Positions 36,444 to 47,175 of a stretch of 64,000 bases of DNA are shown piece after piece (positions within the stretch are counted from its first letter, which is position 1; each line of letters opens with the position of its first letter). The notes under the pieces are model-generated. The model was not told the DNA's origin, did not search any database, and worked only from the letters and a program-made list of their open reading frames with translations. The translations under genes were made by a program, and so were the position numbers. Origin of the DNA: a virus; IMG/VR virus record IMGVR_UViG_3300045541_000131, positions 64,001 through 128,000 of that record; one strand, 5' to 3'.

Positions 36444-37923
36444 AACATTTGCAAATGCCCTAGTAAAAGACAAATCAAATATTGGAATAGATCCCATAGT
36501 AAGACAAAGTTTAATGACATTCTATCAACGTAACATGTACATTGATAGGATAAAGAACAATCCAGTTAGATCAATTGTTGAAAGTACAGAAGATGCTTGC
36601 ATTCAATCGGCTGAACAGGAAAACTTTGACTATGTTATTTTAACCTGGGAAGGTAACATTTTTGATATTCACAACTATCACGAAAAATGTATCGATGCTG
36701 TCAATGACTTAGACGCAAAAACTAACGGCAACTGGTTAGTCTGCGGCCAGATCATTGACCAATACGAGAATAGAGTCTTGTATAATGATACTAACAAGGA
36801 TCAGTGGCGTAATAGCTTTTGGTTATTTCCTATTACTGCTATTGTGAACATTAAAAAATGGCGCGAGCTAGGTAAGCCTGCTTGGGGTAACGAAGGCGAG
36901 TTTAACGAACTGGTCAATGTCGTTGCTAGCGAAGAATGTATTCACGACAACTACACTCCATTAGAAATTCGTGCAGGCGCAGGCACCAGCATGACCAAGA
37001 CAAAAAAGTCTTGGAATATTGTTAATACATCTTTGCTCAATGGGTTGACCGTTTATAACTTGCCTGTCGAAGTTCGCAGTGTACAAAACTATCTTTATCC
37101 TGAAGTTAACGTTGATAGATATAATCAATTTTGGTTAAGTTTATATAACATGCCAAAACTAACAGACCAGTACAAGCGAGTTTTAAACTCTATTATTACC
37201 AGTAAATATCCCAAACGAATCAATGACAGCACTTGGCAGTTTTTTATTAGAAATACCGAAGACTATGAACCAAGATATCCCGAGTTGGGCACAGTTGACT
37301 GGTCAACTGTTCAAACACTAATGATGCCTAGCAGCGGCTTTAAAGACTTTATTGTCAGCATGGGCAAAAACGGGCCAAGAAAAACTTTTGAATACATACA
37401 CTTTGATATTATTCCTCAATGTGTTGAAATCAAGCGGCAGATCATTGAACTATGGGATGGCAAAAGAACGTCGTTTGAATCCGTAATGTCCACAATTGGT
37501 AAAAAGTATAGATCGAATCCACATGATGCTTTTCATATGCATTCCATGAAAACATTCGAAGAAGCTTACAATCATATACTGCCATTTTTTAACAGTGAAC
37601 AAGACCTGGAAGAACAGTGGCTAAAGTTTAAGGCCTGCACTCACAAATACATCGAAGCAGACATGCTAACTGATCCCTATGATGCAATCAAACTAATCCA
37701 GCACAAAACCATTTATCTATGTCTCAGTGACATAGCCGGTTGGCGCAATAATATCATGAGCTATGGATATAAAAATCTACGCAACGATATCATCAATTGC
37801 GTGCAAAGCATCAGAAATAAAGGCATTGACGGATTTGTAGACTATAAAGACCCCGGTACTGACTTGCAAATGTGGCAAAGTTTTGATCGTGCCATTGAAC
37901 ATCTTGGAATAGATATCGTATGA
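36436..37923 (+). CDS. hypothetical protein (possible GT-like N-terminus and Rossmann/MTase-like C-terminus)
   Basis: Long coupled ORF; C-terminal half resembles the N-terminus of 37920. Confidence 0.6.
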   Translation: MLKTFANALVKDKSNIGIDPIVRQSLMTFYQRNMYIDRIKNNPVRSIVESTEDACIQSAEQENFDYVILTWEGNIFDIHNYHEKCIDAVNDLDAKTNGNWLVCGQIIDQYENRVLYNDTNKDQWRNSFWLFPITAIVNIKKWRELGKPAWGNEGEFNELVNVVASEECIHDNYTPLEIRAGAGTSMTKTKKSWNIVNTSLLNGLTVYNLPVEVRSVQNYLYPEVNVDRYNQFWLSLYNMPKLTDQYKRVLNSIITSKYPKRINDSTWQFFIRNTEDYEPRYPELGTVDWSTVQTLMMPSSGFKDFIVSMGKNGPRKTFEYIHFDIIPQCVEIKRQIIELWDGKRTSFESVMSTIGKKYRSNPHDAFHMHSMKTFEEAYNHILPFFNSEQDLEEQWLKFKACTHKYIEADMLTDPYDAIKLIQHKTIYLCLSDIAGWRNNIMSYGYKNLRNDIINCVQSIRNKGIDGFVDYKDPGTDLQMWQSFDRAIEHLGIDIV

Positions 37924-40004
37924 AAACCTACAAATTAATAACAGATGAAATTGTTAATCATGAAAAAGGTATGATTAACAGCATATTCACTAGATTTATA
38001 GGTACTGCTGATAGCTTGTTTCCCTTGTTTATGAGAAGCTGTGGTTATCGAGCAGACATTCCTGACGCGGATTACGAGTTCGTTATATTTGATAAAAATC
38101 CCAAACACTTAAAAATGTTCCAAGAAATGCTAAAGTGGGACGGCGTATTCGATCCGTCTGTTTTTGCATTTAAGTCTGGTCCTGAGCCCAACTTTGCCAG
38201 CTTCTTCGATCATGTTAATCAGTCAGCAGCTATAGCTGATGTCACTGTAGAGAAATTTTTCTACATTAAAAATAGAACCATTGGCAAGATAGCGCGACAC
38301 GGGTTTGTTGACTTTAAAAAATGTTGGGATAAATTTAGGCAGTCAAAATTTACTTTTATACACATTGATGTAATCAAAGAAAATCAAGAATTTCTTGAAA
38401 TACTTTACAAGTTATCGCTTGACATCAAAGGTCAATTTGTTAGGCTAAATTTCAACCCAGAAAATTCTGCAGATTACTCGGAATCAATTGACAATATTTT
38501 ACATTCTCTTTGGCTAAGATCTTTTAAGTCTTATTCTAGCATTGTTGAAATAGCCGACAGCAACAACAAAATACACGAAGATTATGCCGGTAAGATATAT
38601 GCAAAACGTCATTCTAAATTTTGCATACTTCCTTGGATGCATGTACAGTACAAGCCCAGCGGTCAAGCAAAGCTTTGCTGTCGATATGATACCGTTAAAG
38701 AAAGCAACGACTGGCAAGAAGCATTTGATAAAAATCAAGAATCGGAATTAAATAACTTGTCTGAATTGTATCAAGAACGATCTAAACTGCATTTGATTCA
38801 AAACAACACCATCGAAGATAGTTTTTACAGTAACTATTGGAACAAAGCCAGATCATTGACATTAGAAAACAAACCTATATCCGGTTGTCACAAATGCTAC
38901 TTGGAAGAAGATCACAATGCCGACGAAGTTGCTATATCTATGCGATTGGGATCTAGTATACTTTATAACGATGGTTATCTGCATAAACGACCGGGCTACG
39001 AAAAACCTAAAATAGAATTTTTAGAAGTTGGATTTGGAAACTATTGTAACTTGGCTTGTTTAACATGTAACAGCACCTTGAGTACAACATGGCACGACGA
39101 CGAAGTAAAGTTAAATGCTATTGCAGATAAACCTTTACAACGACTGATATTTCCTAAACTAGATAATCTTAAATTTGAGCCCAATGCAGAAACACTAAAA
39201 ACATTAAGGCTAATTAAATTTACCGGCGGTGAGCCGATGATCAATCCCGAGTTTATAAAGTTCATTGACTTGATCTGTGAGCAGGGCACTCCTGAAAATA
39301 TCAGTTTAGAAATATACACAAACTGTAGTTACATACCCAGTCAAAAGCTTTTGACCAACTTGACCAGATTTAAAGATGTACAATTAAATCTCAGCATTGA
39401 TGCTTATGGCATCAGCAACGATTATATTAGATATGGTAGTTCTTGGGAATCCAATAATAAACAAACCGTTGTTAACTCAATGAACTATTGGCTAGAGCAT
39501 GGAAAGAATAACAGCAACTTTCACATTATAATGTCAACTACACTGAGCTTGCTTAATGTATTTCAAATACCTAAGCTAATGACTTGGTGGTTTGACACTT
39601 ATAGAGATTCAGGTAATAAGGTTGTTATTCGCTTAGGGCCCAAGCCACGCGGAGAATACGACGGCTTCTTTAAACTACAAATGGCATTTGATCCCAATTA
39701 CATCAGTGTAGATTGTTTGCCAGCCAGCTACTATAAAGAACTAATAGAATGGTGCGATAACTACGAAAAAGAATTCATGAGCCAGTACACTGAATACGAA
39801 GCATTACCAGAATGTTTGCGTGCCAGTGTTGTCAAACTAAAGAAAACTTTAAGTAGATGCCGTGGCAATGTTAAAAATTCGCAGTTGTTCCTAGACTATC
39901 TCAGCAAAATGGATAGTATTAGAGGTAATAGTGCAGAAGCAACTATTCCCGAACCATTAAATAAAGTTAAACAATACTTGCAAGCTCAGGATAAACAGAC
40001 TTAA
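37920..40004 (+). CDS. radical SAM protein, type A, fused to an N-terminal domain of about 230 aa
   Basis: FCILPW..CC..CHKC; CNLACLTC; TGGEP. Confidence 0.88.
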   Translation: MKTYKLITDEIVNHEKGMINSIFTRFIGTADSLFPLFMRSCGYRADIPDADYEFVIFDKNPKHLKMFQEMLKWDGVFDPSVFAFKSGPEPNFASFFDHVNQSAAIADVTVEKFFYIKNRTIGKIARHGFVDFKKCWDKFRQSKFTFIHIDVIKENQEFLEILYKLSLDIKGQFVRLNFNPENSADYSESIDNILHSLWLRSFKSYSSIVEIADSNNKIHEDYAGKIYAKRHSKFCILPWMHVQYKPSGQAKLCCRYDTVKESNDWQEAFDKNQESELNNLSELYQERSKLHLIQNNTIEDSFYSNYWNKARSLTLENKPISGCHKCYLEEDHNADEVAISMRLGSSILYNDGYLHKRPGYEKPKIEFLEVGFGNYCNLACLTCNSTLSTTWHDDEVKLNAIADKPLQRLIFPKLDNLKFEPNAETLKTLRLIKFTGGEPMINPEFIKFIDLICEQGTPENISLEIYTNCSYIPSQKLLTNLTRFKDVQLNLSIDAYGISNDYIRYGSSWESNNKQTVVNSMNYWLEHGKNNSNFHIIMSTTLSLLNVFQIPKLMTWWFDTYRDSGNKVVIRLGPKPRGEYDGFFKLQMAFDPNYISVDCLPASYYKELIEWCDNYEKEFMSQYTEYEALPECLRASVVKLKKTLSRCRGNVKNSQLFLDYLSKMDSIRGNSAEATIPEPLNKVKQYLQAQDKQT

Positions 40005-41229
40005 AATCTGTGTTGTTATGCTGATCCATAAAACGAATGTACTCGGCGGTTTCTGTTAATTCGTTGCTGTAGTCTTCGGCATTCATATAGTTAACAGCAT
40101 AATCGCCGTAACGAATAATACGGCGTTTTTGTTGTTCGACTAACTTAGCAGTTTTCCACTTTTCATGCGTCCACAGTTCTGCATCTGTGTCCAGCGTAGC
40201 TTTGAAGGCTGTCCACTCGTCGGTGATTTTTTGTTTGATGGCCAGGGGCAATACTTTAGGATTAATAGCCCGGGGATACTGTACAATACTCGTGTGAAAC
40301 AATCCGCCAGCAGCATTAACAAACTTAACAATGTCTACAAGTCTGCTGATATTGTAAATGCTAACCGTAGTTGTTAGGCTCATTTCAATATTAGTCAAAG
40401 CATGTAACTTTTGAACATTGGCGATGATCTTATTGATGTCGCCGTTGGTTCTAAAATAACCAAATGTTTTATCATCGCCGTCGATGCTGACACGCAAAAT
40501 AATCTTCTTAAACTTAGGCCAATGGTCCAAAACATTATAAAAGCCAATACCCAGCGCCACAAGATTACTGTTATAACTTAGTGTAATATTATGAGCATAA
40601 TCTTGCATGGCGTCAATCATTTCCCAGTGGCGTTTTTGTTGCAAAGGTTCTCCCCCAGCTATTAATACTTCACGCAAATAAGGAATGGCAGATTTAAATT
40701 CTTCAAAGCTGCGCTCAGGCAAACTGATATGTTTCTTTTCTAGTCTACCCGCTCCCCATTTAGTAAAGAACGCTTTTACTTCGGCGTCCTTAAATGCCAA
40801 ATTCTCCCATTGACTGCTGTAAGTAGGACTGCAATGTCTACATCGTAAGTTACAAGTATTATCAAATCTAATTTCAATGCTGCGTGGGCGATAAGGCATC
40901 GAATAGTCATGAGCAACATCGGCTAATATTTCATCAAAGTTCATTTGATACTGGTTGCCGCCGTAAGTTTCGTTACAAGTTTGTCTTGTACTAGCAACTC
41001 CACTGTCTTCAAAGTCCCAGCAACTGCGACAACCCTGCGGCCGTTCACCATTTAATAATGCACGGCGCAGTTCACGAGTTTGTTCACTGTTCCAAATTTC
41101 ACCGAGACTTTGACTGCGATAGTCGCCGATACGATCAGGATAACGCCAGCATGCACCTACTTTACCTTCATGCTTGATGTTTTGATGTATAAATGGCATT
41201 ATACAAAATGTTTTGCTGTTATTTTGCAT
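39967..41229 (-). CDS. radical SAM protein, type A
   Basis: FCIMPF..CW..CRSCW; CNLRCRHC; AGGEP. Confidence 0.9.
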   Translation of the reverse strand: MQNNSKTFCIMPFIHQNIKHEGKVGACWRYPDRIGDYRSQSLGEIWNSEQTRELRRALLNGERPQGCRSCWDFEDSGVASTRQTCNETYGGNQYQMNFDEILADVAHDYSMPYRPRSIEIRFDNTCNLRCRHCSPTYSSQWENLAFKDAEVKAFFTKWGAGRLEKKHISLPERSFEEFKSAIPYLREVLIAGGEPLQQKRHWEMIDAMQDYAHNITLSYNSNLVALGIGFYNVLDHWPKFKKIILRVSIDGDDKTFGYFRTNGDINKIIANVQKLHALTNIEMSLTTTVSIYNISRLVDIVKFVNAAGGLFHTSIVQYPRAINPKVLPLAIKQKITDEWTAFKATLDTDAELWTHEKWKTAKLVEQQKRRIIRYGDYAVNYMNAEDYSNELTETAEYIRFMDQHNNTDFKSVYPELASIV

Positions 41230-42292
41230 ATTTTAAAACATTGTCTTTGACTAGATCTCTATGATAATATAATGTAGTGTTTTCTACATTGCCGCAAGTC
41301 TGTAAACAAGTTATTAAATTTCCTTGTTCAACTGTCTTGCTCCACTGATTGCTTATTTTATTAAATTTATCAAGTATGTCCATGATATCGTGCTGCGCTA
41401 GATCAAATTCTTGTTTATTATAAAGAGTATTAAATTGATAACTACCCGGGCTATCATGCGTATATGTGCCAAGGTAGCAGCAGGGAAATACTGATCCGTC
41501 TGCTGACAAAAATATTTCTCTTCTCTGTAAACTTTTACAATTAACTTGATTATTGTTTAATGAAGAGAATCTATTTAGATCAAATTTAAAAAACGACACA
41601 GGAACATGTTCTTCTTTACCAATATTGGAATGTCTATAAATGTGGTTGTCAGGCGGTTCTAAAATATCTATTTGTTCCCCATCCTTCATTATTTTCCAAT
41701 CTTTTTTAGACTTAAATTTTTGAGTAACTTTAACTCTAAACTCTACTCCCATGTCATGAGCTATTCGACTGGCCAGATCAATTTCATGTTCATTGTGTTT
41801 GAATACAATAAAGTTCCATGTAGCTTTGCCGCCAGCTTTGACATAAGCTTCTAAATTAGCTAAGACTTTGTTGTAATTTACTCCAATGCGATATCTTCCT
41901 AGTGTTTCTTGGCTGGCACCATCTAATGAAAAGTTAATCAATACTTTGGGATGTGCCAATTTAGCCCACCAGTCTGGATCTCTATAGCCGCCATTAGTAT
42001 CAATGCCTATGCCGGAATACATATGACAATGTTGTGCCAGATGCTGAATAAATTCAGGTAAATTCTTGTTCAAGCAAGGATCGCCATAAACACCGCTAAA
42101 GTAAATGTAGTTAAGCTTTTTAGTTAGCTCTTTGGTGAATAGTTTATAAAAAATTTCGGGCTTGAGATCTTGTTCTATTAGACCCGGTTGAACAAAGCCA
42201 TCACTGGTATATCTGCTGCACATTGGACAGCGACTATTACATCTGCTGCTGGCCTCAACATGAACAATTCGAATATCGTCTAGGTTTATCAT
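41219..42292 (-). CDS. radical SAM protein, type B (C-terminal twitch/SPASM-like)
   Basis: CNSRCPMC, GDP, TNGG, FPCC, CLQTCG. Confidence 0.9.
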   Translation of the reverse strand: MINLDDIRIVHVEASSRCNSRCPMCSRYTSDGFVQPGLIEQDLKPEIFYKLFTKELTKKLNYIYFSGVYGDPCLNKNLPEFIQHLAQHCHMYSGIGIDTNGGYRDPDWWAKLAHPKVLINFSLDGASQETLGRYRIGVNYNKVLANLEAYVKAGGKATWNFIVFKHNEHEIDLASRIAHDMGVEFRVKVTQKFKSKKDWKIMKDGEQIDILEPPDNHIYRHSNIGKEEHVPVSFFKFDLNRFSSLNNNQVNCKSLQRREIFLSADGSVFPCCYLGTYTHDSPGSYQFNTLYNKQEFDLAQHDIMDILDKFNKISNQWSKTVEQGNLITCLQTCGNVENTTLYYHRDLVKDNVLKYAK

Positions 42293-43119
42293 TTTTTAAC
42301 TGTAGTCATCATTGACAACCCACATTTTAGTGTAACATTATTTTTCTTAAAGTTAATGCCACTGTGTGCTTGACAACGGTCAAATACGATCAGGCCGCCA
42401 CGTTTCCAGTTATGTACTGCTTCTAGTTCAAAGCCTTCTAGCCATTTTTTCGGAAAATGTCCAAAGTATTTGTTATAGTCATCATCGCTAACTGTTTGCT
42501 TGTTCCAGTCTATATCAGTGCGAACATTGCCTTGTCGATCATAGCATTCTAGCTTTTCGTAGTCGCGTACTGTATAGAACACATTAGTGTCATACTTTGG
42601 GTCACCTTTGGCAAAGTTAGTGCCATACATAATAAAACGATTTTTAAATATAGCTGTACCGCAATCAGGCTCTTCGGTGTCTTTGTTAGTATGACAGACC
42701 CATAGTGGTATTAGAAATTGTTTTCCTGGCACATGATTAGTTGTAGTCAATGAATGTGGATTTCCAGTGTCAATGTGAAGATTGTAAGGAGTACTAGTTA
42801 TTAAAAAGTTACCGGCCCATAGTTCATCATTTTCTAACTCGGGAATTACAGTTTTAAGCTTGTCAAAGAACTTATCTTGTATTAGTCTGTTATCAACATT
42901 AAAATGCAGCGTTCCATTCTTTTTAACTCGTCTGGTATAGTGTTGTCTATACATTAAATCTTCTAGCCAAGTTAATTCTTCGTCACTAAAAAAGTTGTCA
43001 ACTGAATAGCTGCTGTCGCTCCAGGTCTTTTTCCAGCTATCATGTTCGCTGGGATCAACAAGAATATTTTCTTTAACTTCGGGATCTCCCAATACACGCT
43101 CTAAATTTCTATACTCCAT
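42289..43119 (-). CDS. 2OG-Fe(II) oxygenase-like protein
   Basis: LHIDT (HxD), WKRGGLIVFDRCQAHS, terminal basic residue. Confidence 0.6.
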   Translation of the reverse strand: MEYRNLERVLGDPEVKENILVDPSEHDSWKKTWSDSSYSVDNFFSDEELTWLEDLMYRQHYTRRVKKNGTLHFNVDNRLIQDKFFDKLKTVIPELENDELWAGNFLITSTPYNLHIDTGNPHSLTTTNHVPGKQFLIPLWVCHTNKDTEEPDCGTAIFKNRFIMYGTNFAKGDPKYDTNVFYTVRDYEKLECYDRQGNVRTDIDWNKQTVSDDDYNKYFGHFPKKWLEGFELEAVHNWKRGGLIVFDRCQAHSGINFKKNNVTLKCGLSMMTTVKK

Positions 43120-43855
43120 TGCAGTATCCTTTCATATGTTTATATATGCCTTCTGCAATATATTGATTGCCATCATGATCAAAATGATTGCAATCTATTA
43201 TTAAATTTACATCTTTGCCAACTTTATATCCTTGTTGTTTCGTATGTCCAACTATTGCTCTGTCATTGAAAGTTATATAAGGTATTGATTCGTTGGCAAT
43301 TTGTTTTTTGTAATGGTTTACGGGACCCAACATGATTGGAAAATAATGCTCAACATTATAACTCGTTAACAACCTATGTAAACAAAATATATCGCGATTT
43401 ATTTCAGCTGCATCATATTGATCAACCGAAAAAATTCCATAATAAGTTCTTAGGAAATCATCTAATACTGGATCGGTCGTTTTGTCAACTAAAAAACTTC
43501 CTAACATATTAATATGATATCCATTTCTTTCTTTGTCAAAGAATATATCCTGCGGAATAAATGTTTTTTTAGCTGAAGGAAATTCAGTTCTGGACGTTTC
43601 TGTTAGCGCAACTATTACTAGATAGTTGTCTATATTATCGGCGTTATCAATTAAAAAATCAGTGATAACTCTTAATGATCTTTTATTGGATGCTCCGCCA
43701 ATGGCTAAATTAATTGACTTTTTAAAGCCAACTGTTTTTTCGAGTTTTTTAACCCAACTTCTTTCATGGCATGTTTCTCGAGCGTTGTCGTTTAAAAATG
43801 TACCGTAGGTATGACTACAGCCCACAGCAACTAAAATTTTATCACTGTATGCCAT
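43109..43855 (-). CDS. SGNH-like protein
   Basis: GCSHTYG, NLAIGGASN, DCNHF. Confidence 0.7.
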   Translation of the reverse strand: MAYSDKILVAVGCSHTYGTFLNDNARETCHERSWVKKLEKTVGFKKSINLAIGGASNKRSLRVITDFLIDNADNIDNYLVIVALTETSRTEFPSAKKTFIPQDIFFDKERNGYHINMLGSFLVDKTTDPVLDDFLRTYYGIFSVDQYDAAEINRDIFCLHRLLTSYNVEHYFPIMLGPVNHYKKQIANESIPYITFNDRAIVGHTKQQGYKVGKDVNLIIDCNHFDHDGNQYIAEGIYKHMKGYCNGV

Positions 43856-45029
43856 TGAATATATCCTTGAACTCAGGGAATACAGAATAAATGTCGCAAT
43901 TTTGTTTTTTTCCTAACTCCTCGACATATTTTTTAGTTTCGGGCAATAGATGACTATCGTCATCGTCCAAATACTTGAGCAATACTTTTACTTCAGGATA
44001 TTCTTTATACTCAGTCTCGTAAAGTTCTCTTATATAATTTTTATATGTTAAAGGCAGCACTGACGGCTTTAACAAATTATGTCGCAATATTTCGCCGCCA
44101 AAGTTATGAGTCTGACGTCCTAATAAATTATTTTCGCGAAGATACTTATAGACTTTTGGAATATGTATCATGTTCCAAAATGCCACCGTTGGAGTAATAG
44201 TCACATGCACATTTGGCAACTGTCTAACTTTTTTTAAGTTTTCAACTACTTTTGCCCAGTCGCTGCCGGATCTAATAAATTCAAATTGTTCCCATCCAGC
44301 ATCAATACTGGCATTTAATCCAACCTTCTTAAAATTTTTCCAATAGTCAAATATATTGTACTTTTTCGTTTCTAATATTGTTAAGTTACTGTTATAGGCT
44401 AATCTAATATCAAATTTTCGATGCTTAATGCAAATATCTAATATATCATAGTGTTCTTTCATTATCAAAGGCTCGCCGCCGGCAAAATAAAATTCCACTA
44501 CATCGTTAATGCTGGCTTCAAACCTAGCTAAAATTTGACTTATGTTTTCGTCCCCCAGAGTTAACAGAATACGATCCAAACGGCCCGAATCATATAACTT
44601 TGCTGCTATTCGACTGCTAGCGTCTGGGCTGCAATATTGACATTTAAGATTACATAAATTAGAAAATCTTATGTCATAAGTATAAATTTTTTCGTTGTTT
44701 ATTAAATCTTCAGGTGTGTCAAATTGTTTAAGTATATGTCTAATTAGATCAATATGCTGCTGACGATAGTGATTGTTCACAGGATCTTCGCATGACCGGC
44801 ATGAATGGGGCAATTTATCAGAGTCAATAAATTGTCGCCTAAAGTCTGTTAGTTTATCATTCTTTTTGCTTATAAGATCATCAAACGACTGAGAAGATAT
44901 ATCGCCATAGGAATATTCCATATTATTACAGCAGACTTTGGTAGATCCGGCTTGACCTAAATAAGTATGAAAAAAAGGTCTGGTACAAAAACCTGGCGAC
45001 TTTATTAACTTGTCTGACCAATGTGTCAT
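43842..45029 (-). CDS. radical SAM protein, type A
   Basis: FCTRPF..CC..CRSC; CNLKCQYC; AGGEP. Confidence 0.9.
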   Translation of the reverse strand: MTHWSDKLIKSPGFCTRPFFHTYLGQAGSTKVCCNNMEYSYGDISSQSFDDLISKKNDKLTDFRRQFIDSDKLPHSCRSCEDPVNNHYRQQHIDLIRHILKQFDTPEDLINNEKIYTYDIRFSNLCNLKCQYCSPDASSRIAAKLYDSGRLDRILLTLGDENISQILARFEASINDVVEFYFAGGEPLIMKEHYDILDICIKHRKFDIRLAYNSNLTILETKKYNIFDYWKNFKKVGLNASIDAGWEQFEFIRSGSDWAKVVENLKKVRQLPNVHVTITPTVAFWNMIHIPKVYKYLRENNLLGRQTHNFGGEILRHNLLKPSVLPLTYKNYIRELYETEYKEYPEVKVLLKYLDDDDSHLLPETKKYVEELGKKQNCDIYSVFPEFKDIFNGIQ

Positions 45030-46423
45030 TTAAAAATGTCTTTCATTTCAGGAAATGTCTCATAGAAGTTGGTGCCGCGTTGAGCGTCTAACAATTCTAA
45101 GTATTCTTTCATTTCAGGCAGTCTACGGCTCCAGTCTTCGCTTTTAGCAAAACGTACCATGCCGCGAAGTCTGCTGATACCATAGTCAGCATTTAGCCAC
45201 TGCTCTTCGGTGACCTTGCCCGCATGCCATGTAGGCACACCTTTTTGCCAATTCTGTTTCCACCATGGGATAAACTCTTCGTACTTGGCTTCGATTTCAT
45301 CTTTAAACCAAGAAGGAAGAATCTTAACATTTAGGTGCGGTGGATGATAAACAAAATGATAGTTAACGCCGCCTGCACCAAAAGGCCACATGTTAATTTT
45401 CTTAAATCCAAACTCTAGTTTCCAGCGCAGGAATTCAGGTATATAATAAATGTTTAAAGCTTGCACAGCACAGGCAATGGTGATTTCAACATTATCTGTG
45501 GTTTCGTTATCTAGCTGATGGAAAGCTTCAACAGTTCTTGCCCACTTGCTGGGATAACGAATATATTCATTACGCTCGCCCACTGCATCTACACTATAAT
45601 GAAAACGCACTAGTTTAAAATGGCTCCATAATTCAAACAAATCTTCTCGCCACTCTACGCCATTACTGTTATAACGTATTTCCATGTCTTTGGCATAGCC
45701 CTGACGAATACATTCTTCCAATATATCATAGTGTTCTTCAATAATTAAAGGTTCTCCGCCAGCAAAGTAAAGTTGCTTCATGTGTGGCACTTGTTCCCAA
45801 AGTTGTTCCCAGAATTTAGGATTGTTCTTATGCCAATTATAGCTAGCGCCGTTTTCTTGTCCTTTATTTCCCCACTGCATTGTATCTTTAAGCGTTTCGT
45901 TTTGAACCTTAGGATACATTTTTTGCCACTCGGGAATCCACAAGCTGCTATCATGCGGACTGCACATTACACAAGCTAGATTACATTTAGTGCCAAAACG
46001 CATGTCAATGTAGCTGATTTTAGGAGGTATGCTGCCATCTTCTGCTGTGTCGCGCACTAACTGATCAACATCAACTCGTTTACTCCAGTATTCAGTTTCC
46101 CATTGACGCTTGCTACGATGTCCTTCGCGTTCTTCCTTATAGCATTTAATACAGCTAGGAGGCTCCTGTCCTGCTAACATCTGCAAGCGGTTATTTTTCA
46201 TGTAGTCATTATTCCAGCTACTTAAAAAATCTGTGTGGTTTAGATTAGCAGGTTTACCGTCGGCATTCTTAAGAACACCTACTTCTCCGCCGTAAACTTT
46301 ATCGTTAGTTGGTCCAACACTGCTGGCGTTAGCAGTACAGCATACACGCATATGGCCATTGGGTCTAGTGCTTAAATGTATCCATGGCAAGATACAAAAA
46401 GTTTTGCTGGGTAAATTTGACAT
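45026..46423 (-). CDS. radical SAM protein, type A
   Basis: FCILPW..CC..CIKC; CNLACVMC; AGGEP. Confidence 0.9.
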   Translation of the reverse strand: MSNLPSKTFCILPWIHLSTRPNGHMRVCCTANASSVGPTNDKVYGGEVGVLKNADGKPANLNHTDFLSSWNNDYMKNNRLQMLAGQEPPSCIKCYKEEREGHRSKRQWETEYWSKRVDVDQLVRDTAEDGSIPPKISYIDMRFGTKCNLACVMCSPHDSSLWIPEWQKMYPKVQNETLKDTMQWGNKGQENGASYNWHKNNPKFWEQLWEQVPHMKQLYFAGGEPLIIEEHYDILEECIRQGYAKDMEIRYNSNGVEWREDLFELWSHFKLVRFHYSVDAVGERNEYIRYPSKWARTVEAFHQLDNETTDNVEITIACAVQALNIYYIPEFLRWKLEFGFKKINMWPFGAGGVNYHFVYHPPHLNVKILPSWFKDEIEAKYEEFIPWWKQNWQKGVPTWHAGKVTEEQWLNADYGISRLRGMVRFAKSEDWSRRLPEMKEYLELLDAQRGTNFYETFPEMKDIFK

Positions 46424-46440
46424 ATTAGTATTTACTAAAA

Positions 46441-47175
46441 CTAATCTGCTGTTTGAATTAGCGGAAGTAAACGTTCTTTTATTTTATGATGGGCACTTTG
46501 GTTATAATGACCGCCTATTGATCTATCATTATTCAATGATAGATCCCGTAAACAAATAATCGAGTCGGAGGAATTGATATTGTCCTTTAAAAATTTAACA
46601 TGTTTGGGGATCGAATCTTTTCGAAAATTCAACTCCTGGTATAATTCAATTACATAAAACAGTATTTTTTTAGATTTTACATATTCAATCAACATCAAAA
46701 TATCCATCAGATCTTCAACAGCCCATTGATACGGTTTAAAGGCCATTATTTTACTTCGTACATATTGGGTATATTGAAAATTATCAGCATTAATATTAGC
46801 TAATTGAATACTTCCCGCGGTGTTGTCATTAATTATTAATTCTCTCATGGAAGGGGGAATTTGAAAAAATATTTGATCAACGTGTGTTCCAGAATTTATC
46901 ATTTGCATGGTTAAAAAAACACATTCTCTCAAACTAGCACCGAGTTTGCCGTGATTATAAGTTTTTATACTGTCGCTGCTTAATAATGCTGGATATGACA
47001 ATGCCTTACAAGCGTCGGTATACTTTTCCCTTAAAGAAGAATCAGACATATATGGCTTGCGTCTTTTGTAATAATCCATGAAATCTAAACAATTTGATAT
47101 CCAGGGAAAAAACTCATCATCAGCTAGTTCGTCACCAGCAGTTAAACTACAACCAAAAAAATGTACATGCTTCAT
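46441..47175 (-). CDS. SGNH-like protein
   Basis: FGCSLTAG, NHGKLGAS, GGHY. Confidence 0.65.
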   Translation of the reverse strand: MKHVHFFGCSLTAGDELADDEFFPWISNCLDFMDYYKRRKPYMSDSSLREKYTDACKALSYPALLSSDSIKTYNHGKLGASLRECVFLTMQMINSGTHVDQIFFQIPPSMRELIINDNTAGSIQLANINADNFQYTQYVRSKIMAFKPYQWAVEDLMDILMLIEYVKSKKILFYVIELYQELNFRKDSIPKHVKFLKDNINSSDSIICLRDLSLNNDRSIGGHYNQSAHHKIKERLLPLIQTAD

